A stretch of DNA of 39,000 bases, taken from the NCBI RefSeq assembly GCF_004010195.1, contig NW_025214096.1, positions 1-39,000 of the forward strand, written 5' to 3'. The position numbers and the translations under genes are program-made. Position 1 is the first letter of the stretch. Each line of letters opens with the position of its first letter. The notes below the pieces were generated by a model. That model did no database searches, was not told the DNA's origin, and saw only the letters and a program-made list of their open reading frames with translations. Positions 11,290 through 22,536 of the stretch are shown one piece after another. Source of the DNA: Chiloscyllium plagiosum. Taxonomy: Eukaryota.

Positions 11290-13008
11290 ATGAGATAACA
11301 AGAATCCAGAGAAAGTATTTACCTGTTAGGGTGAAAGGAAAGGCTGTTAGGTAAGGGGGAATGCTGGATTACGAAAGAAATTGAGGGTTTGATTAAGAAA
11401 AAGAAGGAAGCATATGGCAGGTAGAGACAGGATATCTTGAGTGAATCCTTAGAAGAGTATAAAGATAGCAGGAGTATACTCAAGAGGGAAATCAGGAGGG
11501 CAAAAAGGGGACATGAGATAGCTTTGGCAAATAGAATTAATGAGAATCCTAAGGGTTTTTACAAGGGTTTTTAAGGACAAAAGGGTAACTAGGAAGAGAA
11601 TAGGGCCCCTCAAAGATCAGCAAGGTGGTCCTTGTGTGGAGCCGCAGACAATGGGGAGATACTAAACGCGTATTTTGCATCAGTATTTACTGTGGAAAAG
11701 GATATGGAAGACATAGAATGTCGGGGAATAGATGGTGACATCTTGAAAAATGTCCATATTACAGAGGAGGAAGTGCTGGATGTCTTGGAATGCATAAAAG
11801 TGGATGGAAAAGCGCAGCAGGTCAGGCAGCATCCAGGGAACAGGAGAATCGACGTTTCGGGCATAAGCCCTCCTAACTCTTCTTAGTCCAGGCTTATGCC
11901 CGAAACGTCGATTCTCCTGTTCCCTGGATGCTGCATGGTTTGGAAAGGCAAGGACTGATTAGGGATAGTCAACATGGCTTTGTGCGTGGGAAATCATGTC
12001 TCACAAACTTGATTGAGTTTTTTGAAGAAGTAACAAAGAGAATTGATGAGGGCAGAGTGGTAGATGTGATCTATATGGACTTCTGTAAGCTGTTTGACAA
12101 GTTTCCCCATGGGAGACTGGTTAGCAAGGTTAGATCTGACAGAATAGAGGCATTTGGAGACAGAACTGGTTCAAAGGTAGAAGACAGAGGGTGGTGGTGG
12201 TGGGTTGTTTTTCAGACTGGAAGCCTGTGACCAGTGGAGTGCCACAAGGATCGGTGCTGGGTCCGCTACTTTTTGTCATATATATAAATGATTTGGACGT
12301 GAGTATAAGAGGTATCGTTAGTAAGTTTGCAGATGACAACAAAATTGGAGGTGTAGTGGACAGCGAAGCAGGTTACCTCAGATTACAACAGATGGGTCAA
12401 TGGGCTGAGAAGTGGTAGATCGAGTTTAATTGAGATAAGTGCGAGGTGCTGCATTTTGGGAAAGCAAATCTTAGCAGGACTTATACACTTATTGGTAAGG
12501 TCCGAGGGAGTGTTGCTGAACAAAGAGACCTTGGAGTGCAGGTTCATAGCTCTTTGAAAGTGGAGTCGCAGATCGACAGGATAGTGAAGAAGACATTTGG
12601 TATGCTTTCCTTTATTGGTCAGAGTATTGAGTACAGGGGTTGGGAGGTCATATTGCGGTTGTACAGGACATTGGTTAGGCCACTGTTGGTTAGGAATATT
12701 GCGTGCAATTCTGGTCTCCTTCCTATCAGAAAGATGTTATGAAACTTGAAAGGGTTCAGAAAAGATTTATAAGGATGTTTCCAGTGTTGGAGGATTTAAG
12801 CTATAAGGAGAGACTGAACAGGCTGGGGCTGTTTTCCCTGGAGCGTCGGATGCTGAGGCGTGACCTTATAGAGGTTTACAAATTTATGAGGGGCATGGAT
12901 AGGATAAATAGACAAAGTCTTTTCCCTGGGGTCAGGGAGTCCAGAACTAGAGGGCATAGGTTTAGGGTGAGAGGGGAAAGACATAAAAGAGACGTAAAGG
13001 GCAGCTTT
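11290..13008 (+). mobile_element. CR1 LINE ORF2 fragment (RT), frameshifted
   Basis: [71 protein letters not shown]. Confidence 0.93.
11805..11934. mobile_element. PLE-terminus hairpin insert: perfect 44-bp inverted repeat around a 21-nt loop
   Basis: 11826-11869 is the exact reverse complement of 11891-11934; arms contain GGCTTATGCCCGAAACGTCGATTC; it replaces a deleted stretch of the host CR1. Confidence 0.9.
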
Positions 13009-14846
13009 CGGTTGGTTGGTGCGGGTGTCCCAGAGGTGTTCTCTGAAACCACCGAACTCATCTCTGCATACCTTGACACGGTCCTGTCCCCCTTAGTCCA
13101 AGAACTCCCCACCTACGTTTGGGACACCACCCCCGTCCTCCACCTCCTCCATGATTTTCGCTTCCCCGACCCCCAACGCCTTATCTTCACCATGGACATC
13201 CAGTCCCTGTACACCTCTATCGCCCATCACGAAGGCCTCAAAGCCCTCCGCCAAACCAACCAGTAACCTTTCACTGACACCCTCCTTCGAATGACTGAAC
13301 TGGTCCTCACTCTGAACAACTTCTCTTTCCAATCCTCCCACTTCCTCCAAACCAAAGGAGTAGCTATGGGCACCCTCATGGGTCCCAGCTATGCCTGCCT
13401 CTTCGTCAGATATGTGGGACAGTCCATCTTCCACAGCTACACTTGGCACCACCCCCCACCTTTTCCTCCGCTACATCGATGATTATATCGACACTACCTT
13501 GTGCTCCCACGAGGAGGTTGAACAGTTCATCCACTTTACTAACACTTTCCACCCCGACCTCAAATTTACCTGCACCGTCGCAGACTCTTCCCTCCCCTTC
13601 CGAGACCTCTCCATTTCTATCTCGGATGACCGACTCAACACGGACGTTTACTATAAACCGACCGACTCCCACAGCTACCTAAATTACACCTCCTCCCAAC
13701 CTGCCAGCCCATATTCCCAATTTCTTCGCCTCCATCGCATCTGCTCCCAGGAGGACCAATCCCAATCCCAAACAACCCAGATGGCCTCCTTCTTCAAAGA
13801 CCGCAATTTCCTCTCAGACGTGGTTGACGATGCTCTTCACCGCATATCCTCCACTTACTGCTCCTCCGCCCCAGAACCCCGCCCCTCCAATCGCCACCAG
13901 GATAGAACCCCATTGGTCCTCACCTACCATCCCACCAACCTCCAGATACATCATATCATCCTTGGTCATTTCCGCCACCTCCAAACAGACCCCACCACCA
14001 AGGACATATTTCCCTCCACTCCCCTATCAGCATTCTGAAAAGACCACTCCCTCTGCGACTCCCTCGTCAGGTCCACACCCCTCACCAACCCAAACTCCAC
14101 TCCCGGCACCTTCTCGTGCAACCGCAAGAAATGCAAAACTTGCACCCACACCACCCCCTCACTTCCCTCCAAGGCCCCAAGGGATCATTCCATATCCATC
14201 ACAAATTCACTTGCACCTCCACACACATCTTTTACTGCATCTGCTGCACCCGATGTGGCTTCCTATACACTGGGGAGACAGGCCGCCTATTGCGGAATAT
14301 TTCAGAGAACACCTCTGGGACACCTGCACCAACGAACCCAACCGCCCCGTGGCTGAACACTTTAACTCCCCCTCCCACTCCACCAAGGACATGCAGGTCC
14401 TTGGCCTCCTCCATTGCCAGACCATGGCAACACGACGCATGGCATCTTCCGCCCAGGAACCCTCCAACCACAAGGAATGAATGCTGATTCCTCCAGCTTC
14501 TTCATTTCCCCTCCCCCACCTTTTCTCAGTTCCAACCCTCGGACTCAGCACTGCCTTCTTGACCTGCAATCTTCTTCCCGACCTCTCTGCCCCCACTCCC
14601 TCTCCGGCCTATCACCCTCACCTTAACCTCCTTCCACCTATCGCATTCCCAACACCCCTCCCCCAAGTCCCTCCTTCCTACCTTTTATCTTAGCCTGCTT
14701 GGCACACCCTCCTTATTCTGAAGAAGGGCTTATGCCCGAAACGTCGATTCTCCTGCTCCTTTGATGCTGCCTGACCTGCTGCGCTTTTCCAGCAACACAT
14801 TTTTCAGCTCTGATCTCCAGCATCTGCAGTCCTCACTTTCTCCTAC
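13009..14846 (+). mobile_element. Penelope-like element (Neptune-like): RT, Cys-rich linker, GIY-YIG endonuclease and 3' terminal repeat; pseudogenised
   Basis: FTMDIQSLYTSI, NNFSF..HFLQTKGVAMGT.MGPSYA, FLRYIDD, TDVYYKPTDSHSYL, CNRKKCKTC linker, FTCTSTHIFYCICCTRCGFLYTGETGR; 13009-13048 is a short inverted copy of about 14299-14343. Confidence 0.93.
14714..14749 (+). ncRNA. Minimal type I hammerhead ribozyme motif in the Neptune-like PLE terminus
   Basis: CTGAAGA (14718-14724), A, stem II GGGC-TTAT-GCCC, GAAA (14738-14741), CGTC (palindromic ACGT, GUC site). Stem I is weak in this copy. Confidence 0.7.
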
Positions 14847-15285
14847 TAAATGTGACCAATCCAGCAATGCCCACACCTCATGCATGGCGAATAGGAAAGT
14901 TCCCTTGGTTTGATTATCTTTCTCAAATGCATAACCTTCAGATTGACTGCACTCTGTGATTGCACTGGAGCTGGTGCAGATGTGATCGATTAGGATGTTG
15001 CCTGAGCTGGAGTGATTCAACTGTGAAGACAGACTTGATAGGCTGTTTGTTGAAGAAAACTCTCGAGACTCAGACCTTGAGAACTTATTAGTTTATTACA
15101 TTTTATATCATGGGGAATTCACCATCCTAACTGTGGCTCAGTGCTATTCCGAAGTACATCAGGATACTACAGAGAGAGCAGATAGGAGCTGATCGTTAAT
15201 TACAGTTTGGTATGCTTACAAGTTGGTACTAAATTAGAGGTTAGCCGTTGTTGTGGTTCTGTTCGCCGAGCTGGGAATTTGTGTT

Positions 15286-15325
15286 GCAGACGTTTCGTCC
15301 CCTGTCTAGGTGACATCCTCAGTGC
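15286..15325 (-). ncRNA. Minimal hammerhead ribozyme motif (inverted 5' repeat copy)
   Basis: Exact reverse complement of 17330-17369. Confidence 0.78.
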
Positions 15326-16307
15326 TTGGGAGCCTCCTGTGAAGCGCTTCTGTGATGTTTCGTCCGGCATTTGTAGTGGTTTGAATCTGCCGCTTCCGGT
15401 TGTGAGTTCCAGCTGTCTGTTGCAGTGGTCGGTATATTGGGTCCAGGTCGATGTGCTTATTGATTGAATCTGTGGATGAGTGCCATGCCTCTAGGAATTC
15501 CCTGGCTGTTCTCTGTTTGGCTTGTCCTATAATAGTAGTGTTGTCCCAGTCGAATTCATGTTGCTTGTCATCTGCGTGTGTGGCTACTAAGAATTCTTGG
15601 ACATCATCAGAAATATACACATAGACAAGGAATAACCATGGTCTCATTCGATGTAACAGCACTGTTTACCTCTATCGACAAAACCCTAGCCAGAGAAACA
15701 ATAGCCAACCTGCTGGACGTACAGAACAGACAACAGGACGTTGAACCTATCAACAAAGACGGCATACTCAAACTACTAGACCTGTGCCTCATAACACACT
15801 TCACATTCAACAACAAAATATATGAACAAATCAACGGCATACCCATGGACTCACCCACCTCTGGACTCATAGCAGAAGTGGTAATGCAAAGATTAGAACA
15901 AACAGTCTTACCGCAAATTCAACCCAAACTCTGGGTCAGATATGTGGATGACACCTTTGTAATCATTGAAAACACAGAAATAGAGAACACACACCGGATC
16001 ATCAACGCCAAACTCACAGGAATCTGATTCACTAGAGAGGAAGAAAAGGACAACCAACTCCCATTCCTAGACATGATGATATTGAGAATACCTAACAGAG
16101 AATTCACCACAAAGGTGTACAGGAAAGCCACACACACAGACCAAGTCCTGAACTATGAAAGCAAACGCCCCAAGACACACAAAAGAAGTTGCATCAAGAC
16201 ACTATTCAAAAGGGCCACAACACACTGCAGTACACCAGAACTGCAAAAAGAGGAAGAAGAACACCTATACAATGTATTCACCAAAATGGATACCCCCGCA
16301 ATTTCAT

Positions 16308-16526
16308 TAGGGATTGTCTGTTTGGATTTGCTAGACGACTGTCCTCTGATATTGATGAGGGCCGTGCAGATGATGTGGTTTATATGGAGTTCATTGAGGT
16401 CTTTGACGAGGTCCCACACGGAAGGCTGGTCCAAAAGGGAAGAGCCCATTGGATCCAAGGCAAGTTGGCAAATTGGGTCCTCAATTGGTGGAGGGTTGTT
16501 TTTGGGATAGAAAGCCATTGTCCAGC
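16308..16526 (+). mobile_element. CR1 RT fragment embedded in the PLE
   Basis: Translates IDEGRADDVVYMEFIEVFDEVPHGRLVQKGRAHWIQGKLANWV; flanked by duplicated PLE segments 16088-16307 and 16527-16737. Confidence 0.85.
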
Positions 16527-17329
16527 ATACCTAACGGAGAATTCACCACTAAGGTATACAGGAAAGCCACACACACAGACCCAAGTCCTGAACTACGAAA
16601 GCAACCGCCCCAAGACACACAAAAGAAGTTGCATCAAGACACTATTCAAAAGGGCCACAACACACTGCAGCACACCAGAACTGCAAAAAGAGGAAGAAGA
16701 ACACCTTCGCCAAAAATGGATACCTACGCAATTTCATCAACAGATGCCTAAGGGAAAGATAACGGAACGAGGACATGCCGCACCCAAAGGACTAGCCACA
16801 CTACCATACATCAAGAGTATTTCCGAACTGACAGCCAGACTACTGCGACCACTAGCACACATAACAGCACACAAACCAACAGCCACTCTCAGACAACAAC
16901 TCACCAGAACGAAGGACCCGATACTCAGCATGAGCAAAACCAATGTAGTGTATAAAATCCCAAGCAAGGACTGCACAAAACACCACATAGGACAAACAGG
17001 AAGACAGCTAACGATCCGCATCCATGAACACCAACTAGCGACGAAACGACACGACCAGCTATCCTTAGTAGCCACACATGCTTTTGACAAGCAACATGAA
17101 TTCGACTGGGACAACACTACTATTATAGGACAAGCCAAACAGAGAACAGCCAGGGAATTCCTAGAGGCATGGCACTCATCCACAGATTCAATCAATAAGC
17201 ACATCGACCTGGACCCAATATACCGACCACTGCAACGCACAGCTGGAACTGACAAACGGAAGTGGCAGATTCAAACCACTACAAATGCCGGAGGAAAGAT
17301 CACAGAAGCGCTTCACAGGAGGCTCCCAA

Positions 17330-17369
17330 GCACTGAGGATGTCACCTAGACAGGGGACGAAACGTCTGC
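17330..17369 (+). ncRNA. Minimal type I hammerhead ribozyme motif in the Poseidon-like PLE 3' repeat
   Basis: GCA-CTGAGGA-T-GTCACC-TAGACA-GGGGAC-GAAA-CGTC-TGC: stem I GCA/TGC, intact CUGANGA and GAAA cores, predicted cleavage after C17366. Confidence 0.8.
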
Positions 17370-17969
17370 AACACAAATTCCCAGCTCGGCGAACAGAACC
17401 ACAACAACAAACACCTGAGCTACAAATCTTCTTACAAACTTAGAGGTTAGCCATTAGGGTCAAAACTAAAGCACTATTATGCATTCCACAAGTGGACAGA
17501 ACAAATAGCATCACCATTTGTTCTATTTACACAGATTGCTAACACTAAGCAGAGATGTCCCCAATTAGCTGAATGACAGTGAAGTGGAAATAACACGTGA
17601 AGGAAGTGGGGACTAGTTGACAAGTCTATATCTGCTTGACTGGTTCTACAGCCTGCACTGATCATTCTTCAAACAGAGGAAACACTGATTTGACACCTTA
17701 GGAAGATAAGGCCAACCTTTCACATTACCTCATAGTAAGGAATGCACAGCCAGCAAAGTTCTGGGGACACAAAAGTTTCTCAGTCGGATTAGGAAAATGG
17801 CTTCCAAGCCAACCATGTTAACTTTTCCCTAACACTGTTTAATTCAGAGAAGACTCAGTGGGACATGGAGGAGATCTGATCAATGCACACCAACAGGTTC
17901 TGAGGAGCAAAGACATGGTTTATTGGGAGAACTTTTGGCATGAATAGAAGGGCCATTAATTAGCAGGTA

Positions 17970-18225
17970 GAGTGATAAGATAAGAATCAGGAGGTTCAGG
18001 TGGGACTTGAGTTGCATAGTTTTTCAATCAGAGGATTGTGGGTATCTGGGACTCATTGCCTGTAAAGCCGGTCAGGGCAGGAACCCCCGAGACATTTAAG
18101 AGCTATTCAAATGAACACTTGAGATAATTAATATATAAGGTTCAGGGCCAAGAATAGATCAATGTTTGATGACTGGGGCGGGCAACATGGGCTGATGGAC
18201 CTCCTTCCATGCTATCAGATGGTTC
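17970..18225 (+). mobile_element. Degenerate CR1 3' end
   Basis: Resembles the other CR1 tails here (TTTTCAATCAGAGGATTGTGGGTATCTGG...ATGGGCTGATGGACCTCCTTCC). Confidence 0.55.
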
Positions 18226-18483
18226 TATTCAATTTCATTGGTGCTTCTTTCCATCCTCTCAAACCCTATTGATATCGTCCTGCAGTCAACAGCTGTCGTC
18301 TTCATTGTTAACTTATTCAGCCAATGATATGTCATCTGCAAATTTACTTTTTGAGGTCTATGTTATGCACAGCATTCACCAGGAGACTAATGATGGGCAT
18401 ACAGATCGGGTCTAGCCAGCATGCAGAAACCCTGCCAATAATAAACAAATATAATTTAAGATCAGGGTAGAGTGGGCTTTACT

Positions 18484-18713
18484 GTAGAAGAAAGTGAGGA
18501 CTGCAGATGCTGGAGGTCAGAGCTGAAAATGTGGTGCTGGAAAAGCACAGCAGGTCAGGCAGCATCCAAGGAGCAGGAGAATCGGCGTTTCAGGCATAAG
18601 CCCTTCTTCAGGAATGAGGTAAGTGTGCCAAGCAGGCTAAGATAAAAGGTAGGGAGGAGGGACTTGGGGGAGGGGCATTGGAAATGCAATAGGTGGAAGG
18701 AGGTTAAGGTGAG
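18484..18713 (-). mobile_element. Neptune-like PLE 3' terminal fragment with hammerhead motif
   Basis: Reverse complement of about 14615-14846; CTGAAGA core at 18611..18605. Confidence 0.85.
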
Positions 18714-19048
18714 GCACCACCAACATACAGGAACAGCAGAGGGACCATTATCAGCCACTTGGATCTTAATTGGCAATGGATTGTGGGGAAATCAAACCAT
18801 CCACTTGTTAGATGCATATTTTGGGGAAAAAAAATCGAATGTTTAGGGGAAAACATGTTGGTGTCAATCGGAGTTGGCTGAATAATAAGAGGCAGAAACG
18901 TATCATTTCTGGGTTGGCAAGATGTAATGACGAGCATTTGATGGGAATCTTATTTCTGTTTGGTCATCAGATGTGGAAATTTAGGCTAGATCTGCACTTA
19001 CAGCTCATCCCTGTCTGCCTTGGAGGAGACTGTGTCACATGACTCGAT

Positions 19049-19131
19049 GGCAGTCTCAGAGTGTACTAGAAAACTGGAAATATGTAATGTTTGGCTGTGA
19101 AATGGATACCTGAGTTGGTTGTTGTTTTGAC
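19049..19131 (+). mobile_element. Internal fragment of the LTR family seen at 21316 and 30838
   Basis: GCAGTCTCAGAGTGTACTAGAAAACTGGAAATATGTAA...GGCTGTGAAATGGATAC matches about 21405-21485. Confidence 0.7.
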
Positions 19132-19290
19132 AGGAGGCAGAGCAGGAGGGCTGAGCAGGCAGTGCAGAAATCTCCTGTGGCTATTCCCCTGCAAAACAGA
19201 GATACCATTTTAGATACTGTTAAGAGAATAGGCCTTAAAGAGGATGAGAGCAGCAGCCAGTTTCCTGGCACCATGGGAGTGGCCCAGTGG
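19132..19290 (+). mobile_element. CR1 ORF1 fragment
   Basis: QAVQKSPVAIPLQNRDTILDTV, homologous to VQESPVAIPLEN near 33330-33365. Confidence 0.65.
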
Positions 19291-19311
19291 AAGGTGAACT
19301 ACAACAATATT

Positions 19312-19512
19312 AGGCCTATCACCCTCACCTTAACCTCCTTCCACCTATCATATTCCCAGCGCTCCTCCCCCAAGTCCCTCCTCCTTCCCTTTTGTCTTAG
19401 CCTGCTTGGCACACCCTCCTCATTTCTGAAGAAGGGCTTATGCCCGAAATGTCGATTCTCCTGTTCCTTTGATGCTGCCTGACCTGCTGCGCTTTTCCAG
19501 CAACACATTTTT
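19312..19512 (+). mobile_element. Neptune-like PLE 3' terminal fragment with hammerhead motif
   Basis: Matches about 14605-14805; CTGAAGA at 19426-19432, GGGC-TTAT-GCCC, GAAA. Confidence 0.85.
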
Positions 19513-20250
19513 AATCTATGTGTGGAGCAAGAAGAGGGAGGTGAGGTCCTAAATGAATACTTTGTGTCAGTATTCACCAAAGAAAAGGAATTGGTGGAGG
19601 ATGATGTCAGGAAAGGCTATGTCCAATTTCTAAGCCAAGTTGCTATTAAAAAGGAAGCGGTGTTGTGCATCTAAAAAAGCGTTAAGGTAGATAAACCCGA
19701 GGATCCTGATGGGATCTCTCTCAGAATATCGTGGGAGGCAAGAGATCAAATTGATAGACATCTTTGGCTGCAAGTGAGGTCCCCCCAGAGGACGAGAGAA
19801 TAGCCAATGTTGTCCCATTGTTTAAGAAAGGGAGCAGTGTTAATCCAGGAAATTACAGGCCTGTGAGTCTCAAATCGGTGGTAGGGAAATTAATGGAAAA
19901 GATTCACAGGGACAAGATCCACACGGATTTAGAAGCAAATGGACTTCTTAGTGACATGGGAAAAGTTTTTTGAGGAGGTGAAGATGATTGATGAGGGAAA
20001 CATAAATGATTTTATCCATGTGAACTTCAGTAAAGCCTTTGACCAGGTCTCTCACGACAGACACAAAAGGTGAAGTTACATGGTATCAGGGGTGAGCTAA
20101 CAAGATGAATACAGAACTGGCTTAGTCCTCGGTGATAGAGGTATCGGTGGAAGGATGCTTTTCACAATGGAGGGCTGCGACTAGTAGTGTTCCACAATGA
20201 TCAGTGCTGGAACCTCTACTGTTCACATAAATGATTTGGAAGAAAATGTG
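19513..20250 (+). repeat. Local duplicate of CR1 segment 25579-26428
   Basis: Near-identical, including shared disabling changes (e.g. CCACAATGATCAGTGCTGGAACCTCTACTGTTCACATAAATG). Confidence 0.9.
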
Positions 20251-21315
20251 TGTTGGTGTCAATAGAAGTTGGCTGAATAATAAGAGGCAGAAACGTATCA
20301 TTTTTGGGTTGGCAAGATGTATTGAGTAGCATTTGATAGGGACCTTATTTCTGTTTGGTCATCAGTGTGGAAATTTAGGCTAGACCTGCACTTACAGCTC
20401 ATCCCTGTCTGCCTTGGAGGAGACTGGTAAGCTTCCTTCCTGAACCACTGCAGTCCATCTTAGGCAGGGAATTCCAGGATATTGACCCAGCGATGGTGAA
20501 TGAATACAGGATGGTACAATCAGACCATAAGACATCAGAGCAGAAATTCAGGAGCAGTCATTCAGCCCATTGAGTCTGCTCTGCCATTCAGTCATGGCTG
20601 ATAAGTTTCTGGACCTCATTCTCCTGCTTACTCCCCATAACCCTTGATCCCCTTGACCTGTCTATCTAAGTCTTAAATATGAGCAATGACCTGGCCTCCA
20701 CAGTCTTCTGTGGCAGTGAATTATATAGACTCACCACTCTCTGATTGAAGAAATTTCTCCTTATCTCCTTTCTAAAAGGTCTTCCCTTTACTCTAAGGCT
20801 ATGCCCTCTCCTCCCAATAGAAACATCTTCCCAACATCCACTCTGTCCAGGCCATTCAGTATTCCGTAAGTTTCAATTAGATCTCACCCCATCCTTCTAA
20901 ACTCAACTGAGTATAGTCCCAGAGTTCTCAAACGTTCCTCATATGTTAAGCTTTTCATTCCTGGGACCATTCTCGTGAACCTCCTCTGAACACGCTCCAA
21001 GGCCAGTACATCCTTCCTGAGATACTGGACTCGACACTGCGCACAATACTCCAAATGTGGTCTGACCAGAGCTGAAGAGAGCCTCAAGAGTACAACCCTG
21101 CATTTATACTCAAGTCCTCTCAAAATAAATACCAATATTGCATTTGCCTTCCTAACTACTGACTCAACCTACAAGTTTACCTTGAGAGAATCCTGGACTA
21201 GAACTCCCAAGACTTTTTGCACTTCAGACTTTTGAATTTCTTCCCCATTTAGAAAACAGTCCATGCCTCTATTCTTCCTACCGAAGTGCATGACCTCAAC
21301 TTTCCAACATTCGAC

Positions 21316-22536
21316 TGTTATGAAGTTGTGCACCGTACCTTTAAGAGAGAGTGAATGCTGTTCTGTGCTGAGAGATTACAAGAGCCTGTGTATATGAATA
21401 GATAGCAGTCTCAGAGGGTACTGGAAAATTGAAAATATGTAACACTTGGCTGTGAAACTGATATCTGAATTGATTGCTGTTTGCCATGTTGCCTGGTATG
21501 GAAGGTGCCAGCTATGAAGAGAGGTTGAGTAGGTTAGGATTGTTTTCATTCGAAAAAAGGAGATTGAGGGGGTCCTGACTGAGGTTTACAAAATCATGAA
21601 GGGTATAGACAGGGTAGATAGAGATAAGCTTACTCCCAGGGTGAGGGATTCAATAATGAGAAGTCACATGTTCAAGTTGAGAGGAGAAACGTTTAAGGGG
21701 ATAGACGCGGCATGTAGTTTACACAGAGGGTGGTAGGTGCCTGGAACACATTGCCAGCAGAGGTAGTAGAGGCAGGCACGATAGATTCATTTAAGAAGCG
21801 TCTGGACAGATGCATGAGTAGGTGGAGAAGGGTACAGATGCTTAGAAATTGACAGACAGGTTTAGACAGTGGATTTGGACCGGCACAGACTTGGAGGGCC
21901 GAATGGCCTGTTCCTGGGTTGTATATTTTCTTTGTTCTTTCCTTGTATTCTTTGTTTTTTGAATTTAACCAATCAGTTTAAAATTATGTTCCAGGATACT
22001 AAAACCCAATTGAGTTTAAATTTATTATTTTGCCACCATCAAACTAATGAGACAATCTGACGTTGGGGATGTAAAAAGGCAGTCATTTTGAAAATCAAAT
22101 AGAGCAACTGCCATCAACATAGATCTAAGAAATTAGGGAACCCTCTCTATCAAAGGTACCTTTTCATATTTGCAGTAAAAAGAAAGAAGACAACCCAGGG
22201 AGGTCTTCAGCCGGAAGAAGACAGATACCAAAGATGACAGCTGCTGTCTGGTTTTGAAATTAAGTTGATGTAATTCTAGTAAGTGTTTTATTGGAAGAGC
22301 ATATTGTTGTAGAGTTGGAGGCAGGTAATAAGCAGTTAAGAGAAAGGGAGGTCTAAAAGTGTGAATAGTTATTGTTTAATGTTCACTTTTCGAGTTAAAA
22401 CACAAATTGATGTTATTTTCTTTAAATAGTGGGATTTGGGAGTTCTCTGTTACTCACAATTTAACATATCATACGGCGAGGTAAGCTTTTCTGGGTATTT
22501 GGTTTAATTAACAGAAGGGTTCACTGCCGTATCATA
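21316..22536 (+). mobile_element. Solo LTR (family A) interrupted by a CR1 3' fragment
   Basis: Starts TGTTATGAAG, collinear with 30838-31380, and the host CR1 resumes after it; no clean CA end or TSD seen. Confidence 0.7.
21486..21958 (+). mobile_element. CR1 3' end inserted in LTR A
   Basis: ATGTTGCCTGGTATGGAAGG...TATGAAGAGAGGTTG (MLPGME..SYEERL) followed by the tail GGGCCGAATGGCCTGTTCCTG and a T/C-rich repeat. Confidence 0.85.

Larger units (their letters stand above)
15247..17439 (+). mobile_element. Penelope-like element (Poseidon-like) with inverted 5' repeat, 3' tail and 13-bp TSD
   Basis: RT motifs MVSFDVTALFTSI, YEQINGIPMDSP.SG, WVRYVDD, TTKVYRKATHT; GIY-YIG NVVYKIP..DCTKHHIGQTGRQLTIRIHEH. 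15247-15591 is an inverted copy of 17064-17408. TTAGAGGTTAGCC occurs at 15234-15246 and 17440-17452. Confidence 0.95.

Noticed and set aside
16189..17349. 386-aa ORF as a functional RT-endonuclease fusion gene
   Set aside because: Starts at a non-ATG codon, CR1 motifs are degraded, the RT catalytic DD lies in a separate upstream ORF, and the structure is explained by rearrangement.
15247..17408. DNA transposon with long terminal inverted repeats
   Set aside because: The interior encodes PLE RT and GIY-YIG rather than a transposase, and the inverted arm is a copy of the element's own 3' end.
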